Source of the DNA: a bacterium
GTDB lineage: Bacteria > UBA8248 > JACPRG01 > G963555815
Assembly (NCBI GenBank): GCA_965261595.1
Contig: CBDHDG010000006.1
Span: 1,216,001 to 1,280,000, forward strand
Reading direction: 5' to 3'
Length of the DNA stretch: 64,000 nt
Every line of letters begins with the position of its first letter. The first letter of the stretch is position 1. The notes below the pieces were generated by a model. It was not told the DNA's origin. It was given only the letters and a program-made list of their open reading frames with translations, and searched no databases. Below are positions 30,567 through 40,622 of this stretch, in pieces. The position numbers were made by a program, and so were the translations under genes.

Positions 30567-31853
30567 ATGCTGTACTTGTCACGCGTACAACTGAGCAACG
30601 TCCGATGCTTTGACGCGCTAGATCTTACACTTAGCCGTCCGGATACTGAACCACCGGGGTGGAACCTCATTTTAGGTGATAACGCAACTGGTAAATCGAC
30701 ACTTCTTCGAAGTATCGCAATAGGTCTGTGTGATGAGGCAAGCGCAGCCGGTTTGCTGAAGGAATCGGACGAAGGGTACATCCGGCGAAGGGAAACCAAG
30801 GCGGCTATTGTGATTTCGTTGCACGATCCAAACGCGCCAGGCAAGAAATTTCGTATCAAGACGGAAGTGACCCGTGAAGAGAAAAGACACGGTATCTTTG
30901 CCGATAAAGTACGACAGAGGACCTATCCTTCAGGTAAGGAGTTTCCTTGGGAGACGTTGTTTGTCTCTGCGTACGGCGCTGGGAGAGGGGTGACGGGCAC
31001 GGGCGATATTTCCTCCTATTCCGCAATCGACGCTGTTTACAACATGTTCAATTACAGCGAAGGGCTTCAGAATCCTGAACTGACCATTCGGCGGCTAATG
31101 GAACATACTGCCGGCAACCAGTTGACGCAGCGTCAGATCTTCCAAGTCTTGCAGACCGCTATAGGAACTAAGGAGATCAAGCTTACCAGCAGTGGCATTC
31201 GAGTGTCCGGTCCATGGGGTGAGGGAATGCCCTTAAGGGATCTTGCTGACGGGTACAGATCCGCTTTTTTGTGGTTGACCGATCTAATTGGGTGGGCTCT
31301 AGCCTTTGATCCTAGTCGAAAAAGCACTGAGGGGATACGCGGAATCGTGTTGGTCGATGAAATCGAGCAACACCTGCACGCCCGATGGCAGCGGACAGCA
31401 ATAGACGATCTCCGAAAGCTCTTTCCTAATGTTCAGTTCATTGCTAGCACGCACTCGCCTCTTGTGGCATCTAGCGTTGGTCCACATTTGGCGAGAAATG
31501 TAACTGACAACCTATTTGTACTTGAACCTCATGAAACTGAGGGCGTGAAGGTTTCGGAACACGAATTCATGCGAGGTTGGAAGATGGACCAAGTGCTGGC
31601 TTCCCGTGCTTTCAAATACCAGGTCCAAGAGGCTTCTTCTACCGAGGAAATGTTGCGGAAGGTTTCTCAGATTGGTGACGTGGATGAACGTACTGAGGAG
31701 GAGAAGAAGCTGTTTGAAGAAATCAAAAATAAACTGAAGCATGCCTTTCTCACCGGAACTACGCCTATCGAACGCATCGCTGAAATTGAGGCGGACAAAG
31801 AGTTGATGGAACGGCTCGCTAAACTCAAAGAGCGGAACTCCGGGGAGCAATGA
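30567..31853 (+). CDS. ABC/AAA ATPase, Septu PtuA-like
   Basis: Walker A GDNATGKS, signature LADGYRS, Walker B/D-loop VLVDEIEQHLHARWQR, H-loop FIASTHSP; ATG 30567 after GGAG. Confidence 0.88.
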   Translation: MLYLSRVQLSNVRCFDALDLTLSRPDTEPPGWNLILGDNATGKSTLLRSIAIGLCDEASAAGLLKESDEGYIRRRETKAAIVISLHDPNAPGKKFRIKTEVTREEKRHGIFADKVRQRTYPSGKEFPWETLFVSAYGAGRGVTGTGDISSYSAIDAVYNMFNYSEGLQNPELTIRRLMEHTAGNQLTQRQIFQVLQTAIGTKEIKLTSSGIRVSGPWGEGMPLRDLADGYRSAFLWLTDLIGWALAFDPSRKSTEGIRGIVLVDEIEQHLHARWQRTAIDDLRKLFPNVQFIASTHSPLVASSVGPHLARNVTDNLFVLEPHETEGVKVSEHEFMRGWKMDQVLASRAFKYQVQEASSTEEMLRKVSQIGDVDERTEEEKKLFEEIKNKLKHAFLTGTTPIERIAEIEADKELMERLAKLKERNSGEQ

Positions 31854-32581
31854 AGTTGATCCGAATAAAGCGATCTCGTTGTCCGACTGTACTGAAAAAT
31901 GCCACCGCAGATAGCGACAGATATCGCCATCCCAAAGTGGTAAGTAAACTGTGGAAGATGCAGTCTGGGAAGTGCTGCTATTGCGAACAAAAGATTCCTG
32001 AAAAGGGTCATGCGAAGGCAGTCGAGCATTTTGCGCCGAAGTCAGTATTTGAAGATCGGCGCAACCACTGGCCCAACTTGCTGTTAGCGTGCGCACAATG
32101 CAACGGCAAGAAAGCTGATCAATTTCCAGAGATGCTTACCGATAACCCAGATGAGGTTAAGCTGATTTATGTCAATAGATCCAATAAGAAGGCAACCAGT
32201 AAGAAGGTTTCGGCATTGATCGATCCAACAAAAGAGACGAATCCGGAAGCTCATCTGACCTACCACCTCGACCTACATGACGGTTGCCTTGTTGGTCAAA
32301 TATACCCGCGTAACGGCAGTCCACAGGGAAAAGCAACGATTTCAGTGATTGGATTGGATCAGGCCCATATTCATAGGCTTCGCAGAGACCATTTTAGGAC
32401 CCTTGTGATCAGCTACATTAATCTACAGGAAGCGAGAGATGAGAACAGACGCGAGGTGCTACGGCAAAAGTTTGAAAAACTTATTTCCCGGGACGGAGTA
32501 TTTGCAGGCTTGGCGAGAGAATTCTCCCGAGAATATAAAATCGATGATGAATACGGTCTCGACGTCCTCGACATTACCTAA
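31850..32581 (+). CDS. HNH endonuclease, Septu PtuB-like
   Basis: KCCYCE, VEHFAPKS, WPNLLLACAQCNGKK, LIDPT; ATGA overlap with the ATPase. Confidence 0.88.
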   Translation: MKLIRIKRSRCPTVLKNATADSDRYRHPKVVSKLWKMQSGKCCYCEQKIPEKGHAKAVEHFAPKSVFEDRRNHWPNLLLACAQCNGKKADQFPEMLTDNPDEVKLIYVNRSNKKATSKKVSALIDPTKETNPEAHLTYHLDLHDGCLVGQIYPRNGSPQGKATISVIGLDQAHIHRLRRDHFRTLVISYINLQEARDENRREVLRQKFEKLISRDGVFAGLAREFSREYKIDDEYGLDVLDIT

Positions 32582-32595
32582 GAGAGAGGGAATGG

Positions 32596-32985
32596 ATGAG
32601 TGAAACGGATGCGTCGCTCCACTATGGTCTTGAATTGATTCTGGACCTCCATGAATGTAATGCGTCGCGATTCACTCGACGTGACATTACGACATTCTGC
32701 AGAGAGCTTTGCGATTTGATCGACATGGAGCGCTGTGATCTACATTTTTGGGATGACGTTGGCGTGCCTGAGAATGAGCGGCAGACACATCCCAAAACGA
32801 AAGGGACGAGTGCGGTTCAATTCATTCTTACGAGTACAATCGTAATTCACACTCTTGACTTGATGAAGGCCGCCTACATCAATATTTTCTCCTGCAAAGA
32901 ATTCGATACTGATGAAGCTACTCAGTTTACCGCCAAATGGTTTGGCTCGACCGACTGGACAGCAAACGTGGTAGTTCGTCGCTAA
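32596..32985 (+). CDS. S-adenosylmethionine decarboxylase-like pyruvoyl proenzyme
   Basis: YGLELILDLHEC, GTSAVQFILTSTIVIHT (cf. G.S..x..ESH..IHT), YINIFSCKEFD; 129 aa. Confidence 0.8.
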   Translation: MSETDASLHYGLELILDLHECNASRFTRRDITTFCRELCDLIDMERCDLHFWDDVGVPENERQTHPKTKGTSAVQFILTSTIVIHTLDLMKAAYINIFSCKEFDTDEATQFTAKWFGSTDWTANVVVRR

Positions 32986-32998
32986 AGGAAAGGATCAT

Positions 32999-34375
32999 AT
33001 GGCGGACGTTTTTGAGCGACAGTGTAGTGTCTCTGTTTCAGACAATGTAGTCGGCCTGGTTGCTCATCTAGAACGAGCATGTGCGGAGTCCTTATTGGAC
33101 GCGGTTCCCGTTCGCTTCGTTGTTAGTTCCAGTTCGCTTCGCTCTTATCAATGTGAACTGGCCGTGGTCAAGCGTAAAGTGCTGCGTGGGCGAATCCCTA
33201 TTGCGTCGATTTTTGAATTTAGGCAACGAGTAACGCAGCGCCCAGAGAAATTCAATGTCGTGCTCATAGTGCCAACGGGAATCGGTACTGAAATTGGCGG
33301 CCATGCGGGGGACGCCGGGCCGGTGGCGCGGATGCTTGGCGAGGTGTCCGACACGCTTGTTTTGCACCCCAACGTCGTGAACGCTTCTGATCTTAATGAG
33401 ATGCCTTCGAATGCACTCTATGTCGAGGGCAGCGTCCTAACACGGCTACTGATGGGTACCGTTGGCTTGGAACGGGTACGGTCAAATCGCGTCTTAGTGG
33501 TCGTTGACGATCATAACGATGAGATCTTCGTCAATGCGGCTGTAAATGCTGTTAACGGTGCGAGATCAGCATACGGGTTGTCGTGTCCAGAAGTCGTATG
33601 CCTCGATCCTCCAGTACGATTGAAAACCGGATATTCTCCATCTGGAAGAGCAGCAGGTCAGGTCGAACGGATTGAAGGCCTATGCGATCTCCTTGATAAA
33701 CGGAACGGATTATATGATGCCGTGGCAATCTCATCCGTCATCGATGTGCCAGACCTATATCACCAAGGATATTTTGATGCGGCTGGTACGATGGTGAACC
33801 CCTGGGGGGGTGTAGAGGCAATGCTGACTCATACACTGTCCAGCATGTATAACGTTCCGACCGCGCACTCTCCGATGTTTGAATCTAGAGAAATTGCGAA
33901 CATGGATCCTGGGATCGTTGATCCCCGCATGGCAGCCGAAGCCGTTTCGGCGACATTCCTCCAATGTACGCTAAAGGGTCTCCAGTGGAGTCCACGAATC
34001 GTTACAGACGAGAATGCGATGAACAACTCCGGCATCTTTACAGCAGCCGATGTGTCCTGTCTTGTGCTTCCGGACGGCTGTTTGGGGCTTCCGACAATTG
34101 CGGCTCTTGAACAGAACATTCCGGTTATTGCCGTGTCGGAGAACTCGAATTTAATGCGAAATGATCTTTCGGCGCTTCCATGGAGAGCGGGACAATTTCA
34201 CCGGGTTTGCAACTATTGGGAGGCTGCTGGTGTTATTGCAGCCATGAGGGCTGGAATCGATCCAGCGGCCGTGCGACGTCCACTTTCAGCGACCCACGTT
34301 TCGCGTTTCAAGGCTAAATCTAGTGTCTCTTGCCTAGAGACTGATCTTGCGGCAAAGGTGGATACGCCGAAATAG
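32999..34375 (+). CDS. DUF3326-like protein with N-terminal extension
   Basis: VLIVPTGIGTEIGGHAGDA, HPNVVNA, ALYVEG, NPWGGVEAMLTH, AHSP, DPRMAAE, LKGL, IPVIAVSEN, NYWEAAG. Confidence 0.8.
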   Translation: MADVFERQCSVSVSDNVVGLVAHLERACAESLLDAVPVRFVVSSSSLRSYQCELAVVKRKVLRGRIPIASIFEFRQRVTQRPEKFNVVLIVPTGIGTEIGGHAGDAGPVARMLGEVSDTLVLHPNVVNASDLNEMPSNALYVEGSVLTRLLMGTVGLERVRSNRVLVVVDDHNDEIFVNAAVNAVNGARSAYGLSCPEVVCLDPPVRLKTGYSPSGRAAGQVERIEGLCDLLDKRNGLYDAVAISSVIDVPDLYHQGYFDAAGTMVNPWGGVEAMLTHTLSSMYNVPTAHSPMFESREIANMDPGIVDPRMAAEAVSATFLQCTLKGLQWSPRIVTDENAMNNSGIFTAADVSCLVLPDGCLGLPTIAALEQNIPVIAVSENSNLMRNDLSALPWRAGQFHRVCNYWEAAGVIAAMRAGIDPAAVRRPLSATHVSRFKAKSSVSCLETDLAAKVDTPK

Positions 34376-34549
34376 AAAGCAAGTAGTTCTTCTGTCCTCG
34401 TAACCTTCTTGGCTTATGAATAAGTTGATGGTTTCGGTGAGCCTCCGTCCATAGTGTCGATACCCGAGATGAAGGGTTCGGTATAGAACCTGCCTCCCTA
34501 AATTCGAACCTCCAGATTGGCTACGCAATTGCGGAAGGGGATGATTGTA

Positions 34550-34600
34550 TGACCTGCCCCTCCGTTTAGTACCAAACGTAAAGTTAGAGTCGTAGGCAAA
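34550..34600. mobile_element. IS3-family-like terminal repeat remnant
   Basis: TGACCTGCCCCTCCGTTTAGTACCA resembles IS3-family ends; next to the recQ truncation. Confidence 0.45.
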
Positions 34601-34739
34601 GCTTCAGTTTGGCAAGTTCAGTGGACCGTAGCTCTTTTCGTCTTGACGCGATCTACGACTAGGCCCGCTACGCCGCAGAACCGAGAGTGCCTCATCACGC
34701 CTCCCCGATAACTCACCAAGGTCTGCCATGTCATTTTCT

Positions 34740-36383
34740 CTTCGGTGCGCGGGCGACGGCGCGCCATGTCGATCAGCGAGCGGTCGGGAAACACGATATA
34801 GGCCGGCACGCCGCGCTCCTTGGCGAGTTGCAGCCGCAACGCCTTGAGCACGGCCAGCAGCGCCGCCTGATCGTGGCTGAGCGGATGTTCGGGTTCTTTC
34901 CCGCGCGTCTCGCGCGGCGCCGCGGCCGGCCGTGCAACCACCGTGTCCTCGCGGTAGAGGAACTCGTCCTCGCCCCTCAGCAGGGCGTGGCCCTTGCCGG
35001 TGAGCGCGAGCCCGCCATAGCTCGCGATGTCGAGCCGCAGAAACCCGGTCGCCACCATCTGGCGGATCAGCGAGCGCCATTCGTTCTTGCCGCGCGCCGC
35101 GCCGACCCCGAAGGTCGGCAGCCGGTGATGACCGGCGCGCACGATCTTCTCGGCCTCGGTCCCGCGCAGGATATCGATCACATGCGCCGCGCCGAACCGT
35201 TCGCCCGAGTGGTAGACCGCCGACAGGATCTTCTGCGCATCCTCGGTCCCGTCGACGCGCTCGGCCGGGTCGAGGCAGGCATCGCAATTGCCGCAAGGCT
35301 CGATCCGCTCGCCGAAGTAATCGAGCAGAGCCACCCGGCGGCAGGACGGCGCCTCGCAATAGCCGAGCAAGGCGTCGAGCCGCTTGTGCTCGCGCCGCTT
35401 GCGCTCAGCGCCGGCATCCTCATCCTCGATGAACTGCCGCCGCATGCGGATATCGGCCAGCCCATAGAGCATGTGGGCCTCGGCGGGCGCGCCGTCGCGT
35501 CCGGCCCGGCCGATCTCCTGGTAATAGGCCTCGATGCTGCCCGGCAGATCGGTGTGGAAGACGTAGCGCACGTCCGCCTTGTCGATCCCCATGCCGAAAG
35601 CGATGGTGGCGACGATGACGACGCCCGGATCGGTCATGAAGACGTTCTGGTGCGCCTCCCGGTCCTCCTTCTCCATGCCCGCGTGATAGGGAAACGCCCG
35701 CACTCCGTCTTCTTGCGCGACAGGCAGTAGACGATACCGCTCTCGCCTTCATGGCGCGCGATGAAGCTCAGCAACTGCCGCTTCCACTCGCGTTTCATCT
35801 CCACCGACAGCTTGATGTTCGGACGGTCGAAGCCGAGCACGAACTGCTCGACCTCGTCGGCGGTCGCCGTCAGCGCGGCGACCGGAACCCCGGGAAAGAG
35901 CTCCCTGATCCGGCACAGATCCTCGTATTCCGGACGGAACGCCGGACCCCACTGCGAGATGCAGTGAGCTTCGTCAATGGCGAAGAGCGTTACCGGCAGC
36001 CGCGCCAGCGACGCCAGCATGCGCCCGGTCATCAGGCGCTCCGGGGCCATGTAGAGAAGCCGCGTCTCGCCCGCGGCGGCGCGCTTCCAGGCGGTGACGT
36101 TGCCCTCGCGGCCGTTCGCCGAGTTGATGCTGTCCGCTGCGACGCCCGCGAGCCTGAGCGCCGCGACCTGGTCCTGCATCAGCGACACCAACGGCGACAC
36201 CACCACCGTCAGGCCGTCCATGACCAGCGCCGGGATCTGGAAGCACAGCGACTTCCCCGATCCCGTCGGCATCACGGCGAGCGCGTTGCGGCCCGCCAGC
36301 AGCGCCTCGATCGCCGCCTCCTGGCCCGGCCGGAACCCCTCGAACCCGAACACCTCGCCCAGCACCCGGCGCGCGGCCGCCAT
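34740..36383 (-). pseudogene. recQ: RecQ DNA helicase, degraded
   Basis: MPTGSGKSLCFQIP, IDEAHCISQWG, ATIAFGMGIDK, YYQEIGRAGRDG, HRDC start; internal deletions (TATADEVEQF), frameshift near 35700, truncated HRDC. Confidence 0.9.
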
Positions 36384-36434
36384 CGGCGTCCATCCTGAGC
36401 CCGCGGCGGCAACTCGCCCCGCCATCAGCAACAA

Positions 36435-36557
36435 CCCGAGCGGACCAACTCGACCATCTGGCGCCGGTACTCCGGCACGTACTGCGGATGAGTTTTCGAC
36501 ATCAGGACACCTCCTACGCACAGTCTGAAGGTGTCCACTGAAACGGGTCAACTCCAC
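36435..36557 (-). mobile_element. IS3-family left end with start of OrfA
   Basis: TGGAGTTGACCCGTTTCAGTGGACA then RBS AGGAGG and MSKTHPQYVPEYRRQMVELVRSG. Confidence 0.8.
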
Positions 36558-36899
36558 TAAGTCCAGGCAACGCGAAGGGTTCGTTGACGTTACTCAAGCA
36601 CGCGATGTGCTCGGCCGTGATGGACAACCGCAGGGGTGAGCATCACGATTCCGGCATGGCGATGCTCGTTGTTGTACCAAGGGAAGAACCACCGGCAGAA
36701 GGCGATCACGGCGGTGATGTATTCGAAGCGTCCGGCCCACAGCCAAGGTCAACACCACCGGACCATCCCCGATGCTAGCTGGAGCGGCGAGCCAAAGGGA
36801 AAGACATACCCTCCGGGAGGGGATCCTATCCCCAGCGTATGGGGAAGGCTTTACGTCCACCGGCTATCGTCCGCCTCTGTGATAGGGGCGACAGCATAA

Positions 36900-36926
36900 T
36901 CTGCCCACTGAAACGGGGCAACTCCA
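36900..36926 (+). mobile_element. IS3-family terminal repeat (probable right end)
   Basis: CCCACTGAAACGGGGCAACTCCA, near-identical to the repeat ending at 36557. Confidence 0.65.
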
Positions 36927-37030
36927 CCCAAAGTTGTGGCGGGAATTTCGCGACGGACAGACGCTTTCCTGCTCCCTTGATATACCGCGCCGTATCCGTA
37001 AATACTGAACCCCTCTTCAAGGAGAGTACC

Positions 37031-39646
37031 CTAATTTTTCCGGCGACTCCGAATTCCTTTAACCCAGTCCTCAAGCGCTTCGATGTCCTCTTTAAGCTCG
37101 CTCGGTTCGGGAAGTGATGCATTTTCTGCAGGAGATTGATCGTGACCCGTAAGCCACTTCGAGCATTTTGTCATCCCATCTTCGAGCGCTTTTAAATCAT
37201 CAGTGCAGATGTCAGCTAGTTGGTCTGCTTGCTTGGTCTGGATGGTGGGCCGGTACCGTTCAACGGTTCCGTCCAAGAGCACTTCCTCGAATCCCCGTTC
37301 CCACGCTTCTCGAAGGAGACCGTATATGTTCGATACGTCACGCTCGTACTTCTCCTGGTTTCCGTTCCGATATGTCTTGTCCGCGTCCTGCAATAGATCC
37401 TTCAAGTGACCGATGCGAGCCTTGACCTTCATCGCAGCCCACGGCAGCCGCTGGGAGGACAAGCCCGCGCTCGTCGGGTCTCTGCGCAAGTACTGGTGTT
37501 CGAGGTTGACGCCAAGGGCTTCAGCCTTCTCCACCAGCGCTAGAAGGAAAACGATGTCGTGCGTGAAGACAATTACCTGCCGAGACTGCGACTCGACGAC
37601 TAGACGCTTCGCTACATTCCCACGCCAATTGTGATCGAGCGACGAGACCGGGTCATCAAAGAGGATGGCCGACTGATCGGCGGCAGTACTGAGTTCCGCG
37701 AAGAACGACGCGATTGAAAGACACCGAGCTTCGCCCTCGCTCACGACCTTGGACACATCGGCCCCCGGCGCTCGCCTTAGCTGTAGCTTATGGTAGAGCG
37801 CACCACGAGACCCGCCAGCGTCCACCATTTGAACCTCAACGTGATGGAATTTGAGCGTGTCCAGCTCTTCCGCAAAGCTCCTGGTCAGTTGCTCGGTGAC
37901 TGCGCGTCTCGTAACGTCGCTGCTCTTGAGCGTAACCGCATTTGTCCGTGTTTCGTCAATGCACACTTGGTAGGCAGCAATCTTCTTCTTGCGTTCGATT
38001 GCTTCCAGGACGTCACGCAAGTGGTCTGCTAGCAACTGTCGCGCCTCAAGTTCGTTCAACTCGTTTCTTAGCTCGCCGATCGCCTCTGGTTGGTTCGCCT
38101 CGCGAAGTTGTTTCGCCCGATCTCTCAGATTCTCGATATAACTCGTCAATGTGTGCACGTTGAGCGACTGAGCGGGCAGATTCTTGGGGCACGGTAAGCC
38201 CTTGGTTAGCGCTTCGTTCAATTGCTTTCTTCGGGTCTCCGCTGTGTCCAGACACGCACGAACCGCTTCAGCAAGATCAGAGTTGTCCAGTTGAAGCTCG
38301 TCGAGTGCTTCAGTGGCTGGCTCGTCCAGAACGAGCACGCCGTTGATCTGCGAATGCCTCTCGTGGTATCCGGCCGCCGCGCTATCGTAGTCGCCCTGAA
38401 CGGCTGAAGTGAGGAACTCCTGGAACTTCCGCAATCGACGCATGCCCTCCTCGGTAAGTTCTTGCTGGCATAGGACGCAGCGTGAATCCTCTTCGGTGAA
38501 CGGGAAGGCGTGGTCCGGATACGCATCGGTTTTTGAGAACCGCTCTGCGGCATCCCAGAGTTTTCGCCATGCGTCTGACCCAGTGTTTGGCAACGGTTGC
38601 TCTTTGAAGCTCGCCCTTTGTAATTCCTCCACAACACGCCGAGTCTCGTTCGTTCGGTCGTGCGCCGCGAATAGCCCCTCGATCGCGGTATCAGACAGCA
38701 CTTCGCCAGCAGTCTTGACTCTCGTAAATAATACATTCGCGCGCTCGGCACGGAGCACGATTGCCCGAGCAGTCTTTTCGGGATCGTCTGACTGTAGATC
38801 GCGAATCCTCTTCCGCACTTCCTCGCTGCGCGCCTTCTCAGCTTCGGTCAAGGAAGCGATCTTCTCGACTGACGCCGGATCGGTGAGTGAGGTCAGATCT
38901 GTGATCAAATCGTGGACGGTTGTTCTCTCAGCAACATCGGGGAATTGGAGCTTCTCTGACTCCAGCGCATTTCGTTCCTTTTCCAAGGTTTTCCTGACAG
39001 CTTCGCATGCGTCAGAAAGCTTGTCGAACAAGTCGAGACCCATGGGACGAAACGCGACATCGGTCTGTTGTGAGACATACACGCTCGCGCAATGGTGATC
39101 GAATACGCTAACTCTCGAAAGGAACGCGTTAGGGGGCTGATCATCATCCCATAAATGATCACGCGACTCTTCATCAGCCGTGAACTTTATGGTTGCAGAT
39201 GGACGCCCCGGAATAGCTCCAGACACAACGTTCCCTAGAATCTCTTCGGCACCGCGCGCTCGGCACGCACGTTTCAAGATGCGCGTGTATCCAGACTTGC
39301 CAGCAGCATTTGCGCCATAAACGACTGTCAACTGAGGCCCGAATTCGACCGTCTGATTTTGGGCAAGGGCGTTGACTCCGGCGTGATGTGTGAGCGATTG
39401 CAGTGACACGGGCTTCGTCCGGGCATCAGGCTGAGGGAGGTGGCTTGCGTCGAGTGGCACGGGTTTCGCCCTATCACCCAGTCCGTGTCGGGATTTGCAG
39501 AGATTCGACAGCTCCCTGATGTCTGTCTCGTCGAGTTCACCTCTCGCGATCAATCGTCGTAATGCATCACGTTGCCAGGCCGGACGGCCTAATGACCACT
39601 CAAGGATCTCGTTAAGGACATTAACTCTCACCACGTATTTCTCCAA
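37031..39646 (-). CDS. Rad50/SMC-like ATPase with zinc hook and HEPN-like tail (RloC-like architecture)
   Basis: GANAAGKS, coiled coil with CVLC, VSEGE signature, LFDDPVSSLD, FTHD; C-terminal LREAWE...WLTGHD; true start may be a few codons in. Confidence 0.8.
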   Translation of the reverse strand: MEKYVVRVNVLNEILEWSLGRPAWQRDALRRLIARGELDETDIRELSNLCKSRHGLGDRAKPVPLDASHLPQPDARTKPVSLQSLTHHAGVNALAQNQTVEFGPQLTVVYGANAAGKSGYTRILKRACRARGAEEILGNVVSGAIPGRPSATIKFTADEESRDHLWDDDQPPNAFLSRVSVFDHHCASVYVSQQTDVAFRPMGLDLFDKLSDACEAVRKTLEKERNALESEKLQFPDVAERTTVHDLITDLTSLTDPASVEKIASLTEAEKARSEEVRKRIRDLQSDDPEKTARAIVLRAERANVLFTRVKTAGEVLSDTAIEGLFAAHDRTNETRRVVEELQRASFKEQPLPNTGSDAWRKLWDAAERFSKTDAYPDHAFPFTEEDSRCVLCQQELTEEGMRRLRKFQEFLTSAVQGDYDSAAAGYHERHSQINGVLVLDEPATEALDELQLDNSDLAEAVRACLDTAETRRKQLNEALTKGLPCPKNLPAQSLNVHTLTSYIENLRDRAKQLREANQPEAIGELRNELNELEARQLLADHLRDVLEAIERKKKIAAYQVCIDETRTNAVTLKSSDVTRRAVTEQLTRSFAEELDTLKFHHVEVQMVDAGGSRGALYHKLQLRRAPGADVSKVVSEGEARCLSIASFFAELSTAADQSAILFDDPVSSLDHNWRGNVAKRLVVESQSRQVIVFTHDIVFLLALVEKAEALGVNLEHQYLRRDPTSAGLSSQRLPWAAMKVKARIGHLKDLLQDADKTYRNGNQEKYERDVSNIYGLLREAWERGFEEVLLDGTVERYRPTIQTKQADQLADICTDDLKALEDGMTKCSKWLTGHDQSPAENASLPEPSELKEDIEALEDWVKGIRSRRKN

Positions 39647-40016
39647 ACTTCAGTATTGAGAATCTCAAATGTAGGTTTGCAAACTTCATCTTTTAGTCTG
39701 AGCAGCGCGATCAGCCGATTGCTTTTGAGACACAGCATTACCTGTCGCTTGCGTACTGCACTGCCCGCTGTTTGTCCTTGTGGGACACCAAAGGACACCC
39801 CAGAAGTAAGACGGAAAGGAAACGAGCTTACATCGTACGTCTCGCTTTCGCATTGTTTCCTCGTTCGCACCGTCTCGGCGACGAATGACTGGACAGGTGA
39901 GGCCGATCCTGTTAACCAGATACCGGGCCGGCGAAGAGTAACCTGCCCGTATGGCGCGCGATTTCTGACTCGAAATATTTGGATCGTGCCATATCCGCGG
40001 TCTAAAGACCGGCATC

Positions 40017-40328
40017 TTAGTCATCACTTTCCGGTGATTCGCCGGGCAATTCCGGCACGACTTCTGAGATATTCCTGCTGATTTCCTCGACCTCGTCCCC
40101 CCGTCCGGCCCTTTCCATGTCACATGCCATGGCCTGGGCCGCGAACATCGCCGACCGAAGGAGCCGGATCTCGTGCTCCGTGCGGGGCCACTCCCCGTGG
40201 TCGAGGGCCTCCATCGCGAGCTCGACAACGAGTTGGTTCGGTGAAACACCTCGCTCCTCCGCCTCCTTTTCGATCCGTTTCCATTGCCCGGGCGTGACCC
40301 GGATGTTCTTTTGCAGCGTCTGAACCAT
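40017..40328 (-). CDS. Ribbon-helix-helix (CopG-like) protein
   Basis: KNIRVTPGQWKRIEKEAEERGVSPNQLVVELA...GRGDE; similar to 62972-63355 and 63541-63924. Confidence 0.7.
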   Translation of the reverse strand: MVQTLQKNIRVTPGQWKRIEKEAEERGVSPNQLVVELAMEALDHGEWPRTEHEIRLLRSAMFAAQAMACDMERAGRGDEVEEISRNISEVVPELPGESPESDD

Positions 40329-40477
40329 CAGCTTTACCGATCCTTTTGTGAAGACTTGAATCCAATCCAGTCCCGAAGCGACCGCAAAAACCCTGCTCCC
40401 TTGCACCTGACGCACCCGTTCCGGGCTGAAAACCCTCCCAACGGCCCCGGAGACCGAACTACCAGCTTAGTAGCCGC

Positions 40478-40622
40478 CGTATATCGGTCGTATGTCGCTA
40501 TCGGCCCGGCGCATTCACGCGCACACCCAGTTTGGTAGCCACCGTATATCGATCGTGTATCTGTCCGGGCGAAGTTCATTATATATCAATGGGTTGATGG
40601 CGTATATCGGTGCGATATACGC
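40478..40622 (-). promoter_or_regulatory. Repeated CCGATATACG motif cluster upstream of RHH gene
   Basis: CGTATATCGG 40478, CGTATATCGA 40543, inverted repeat GCGTATATCG-gtg-CGATATACGC 40600-40622. Confidence 0.65.
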
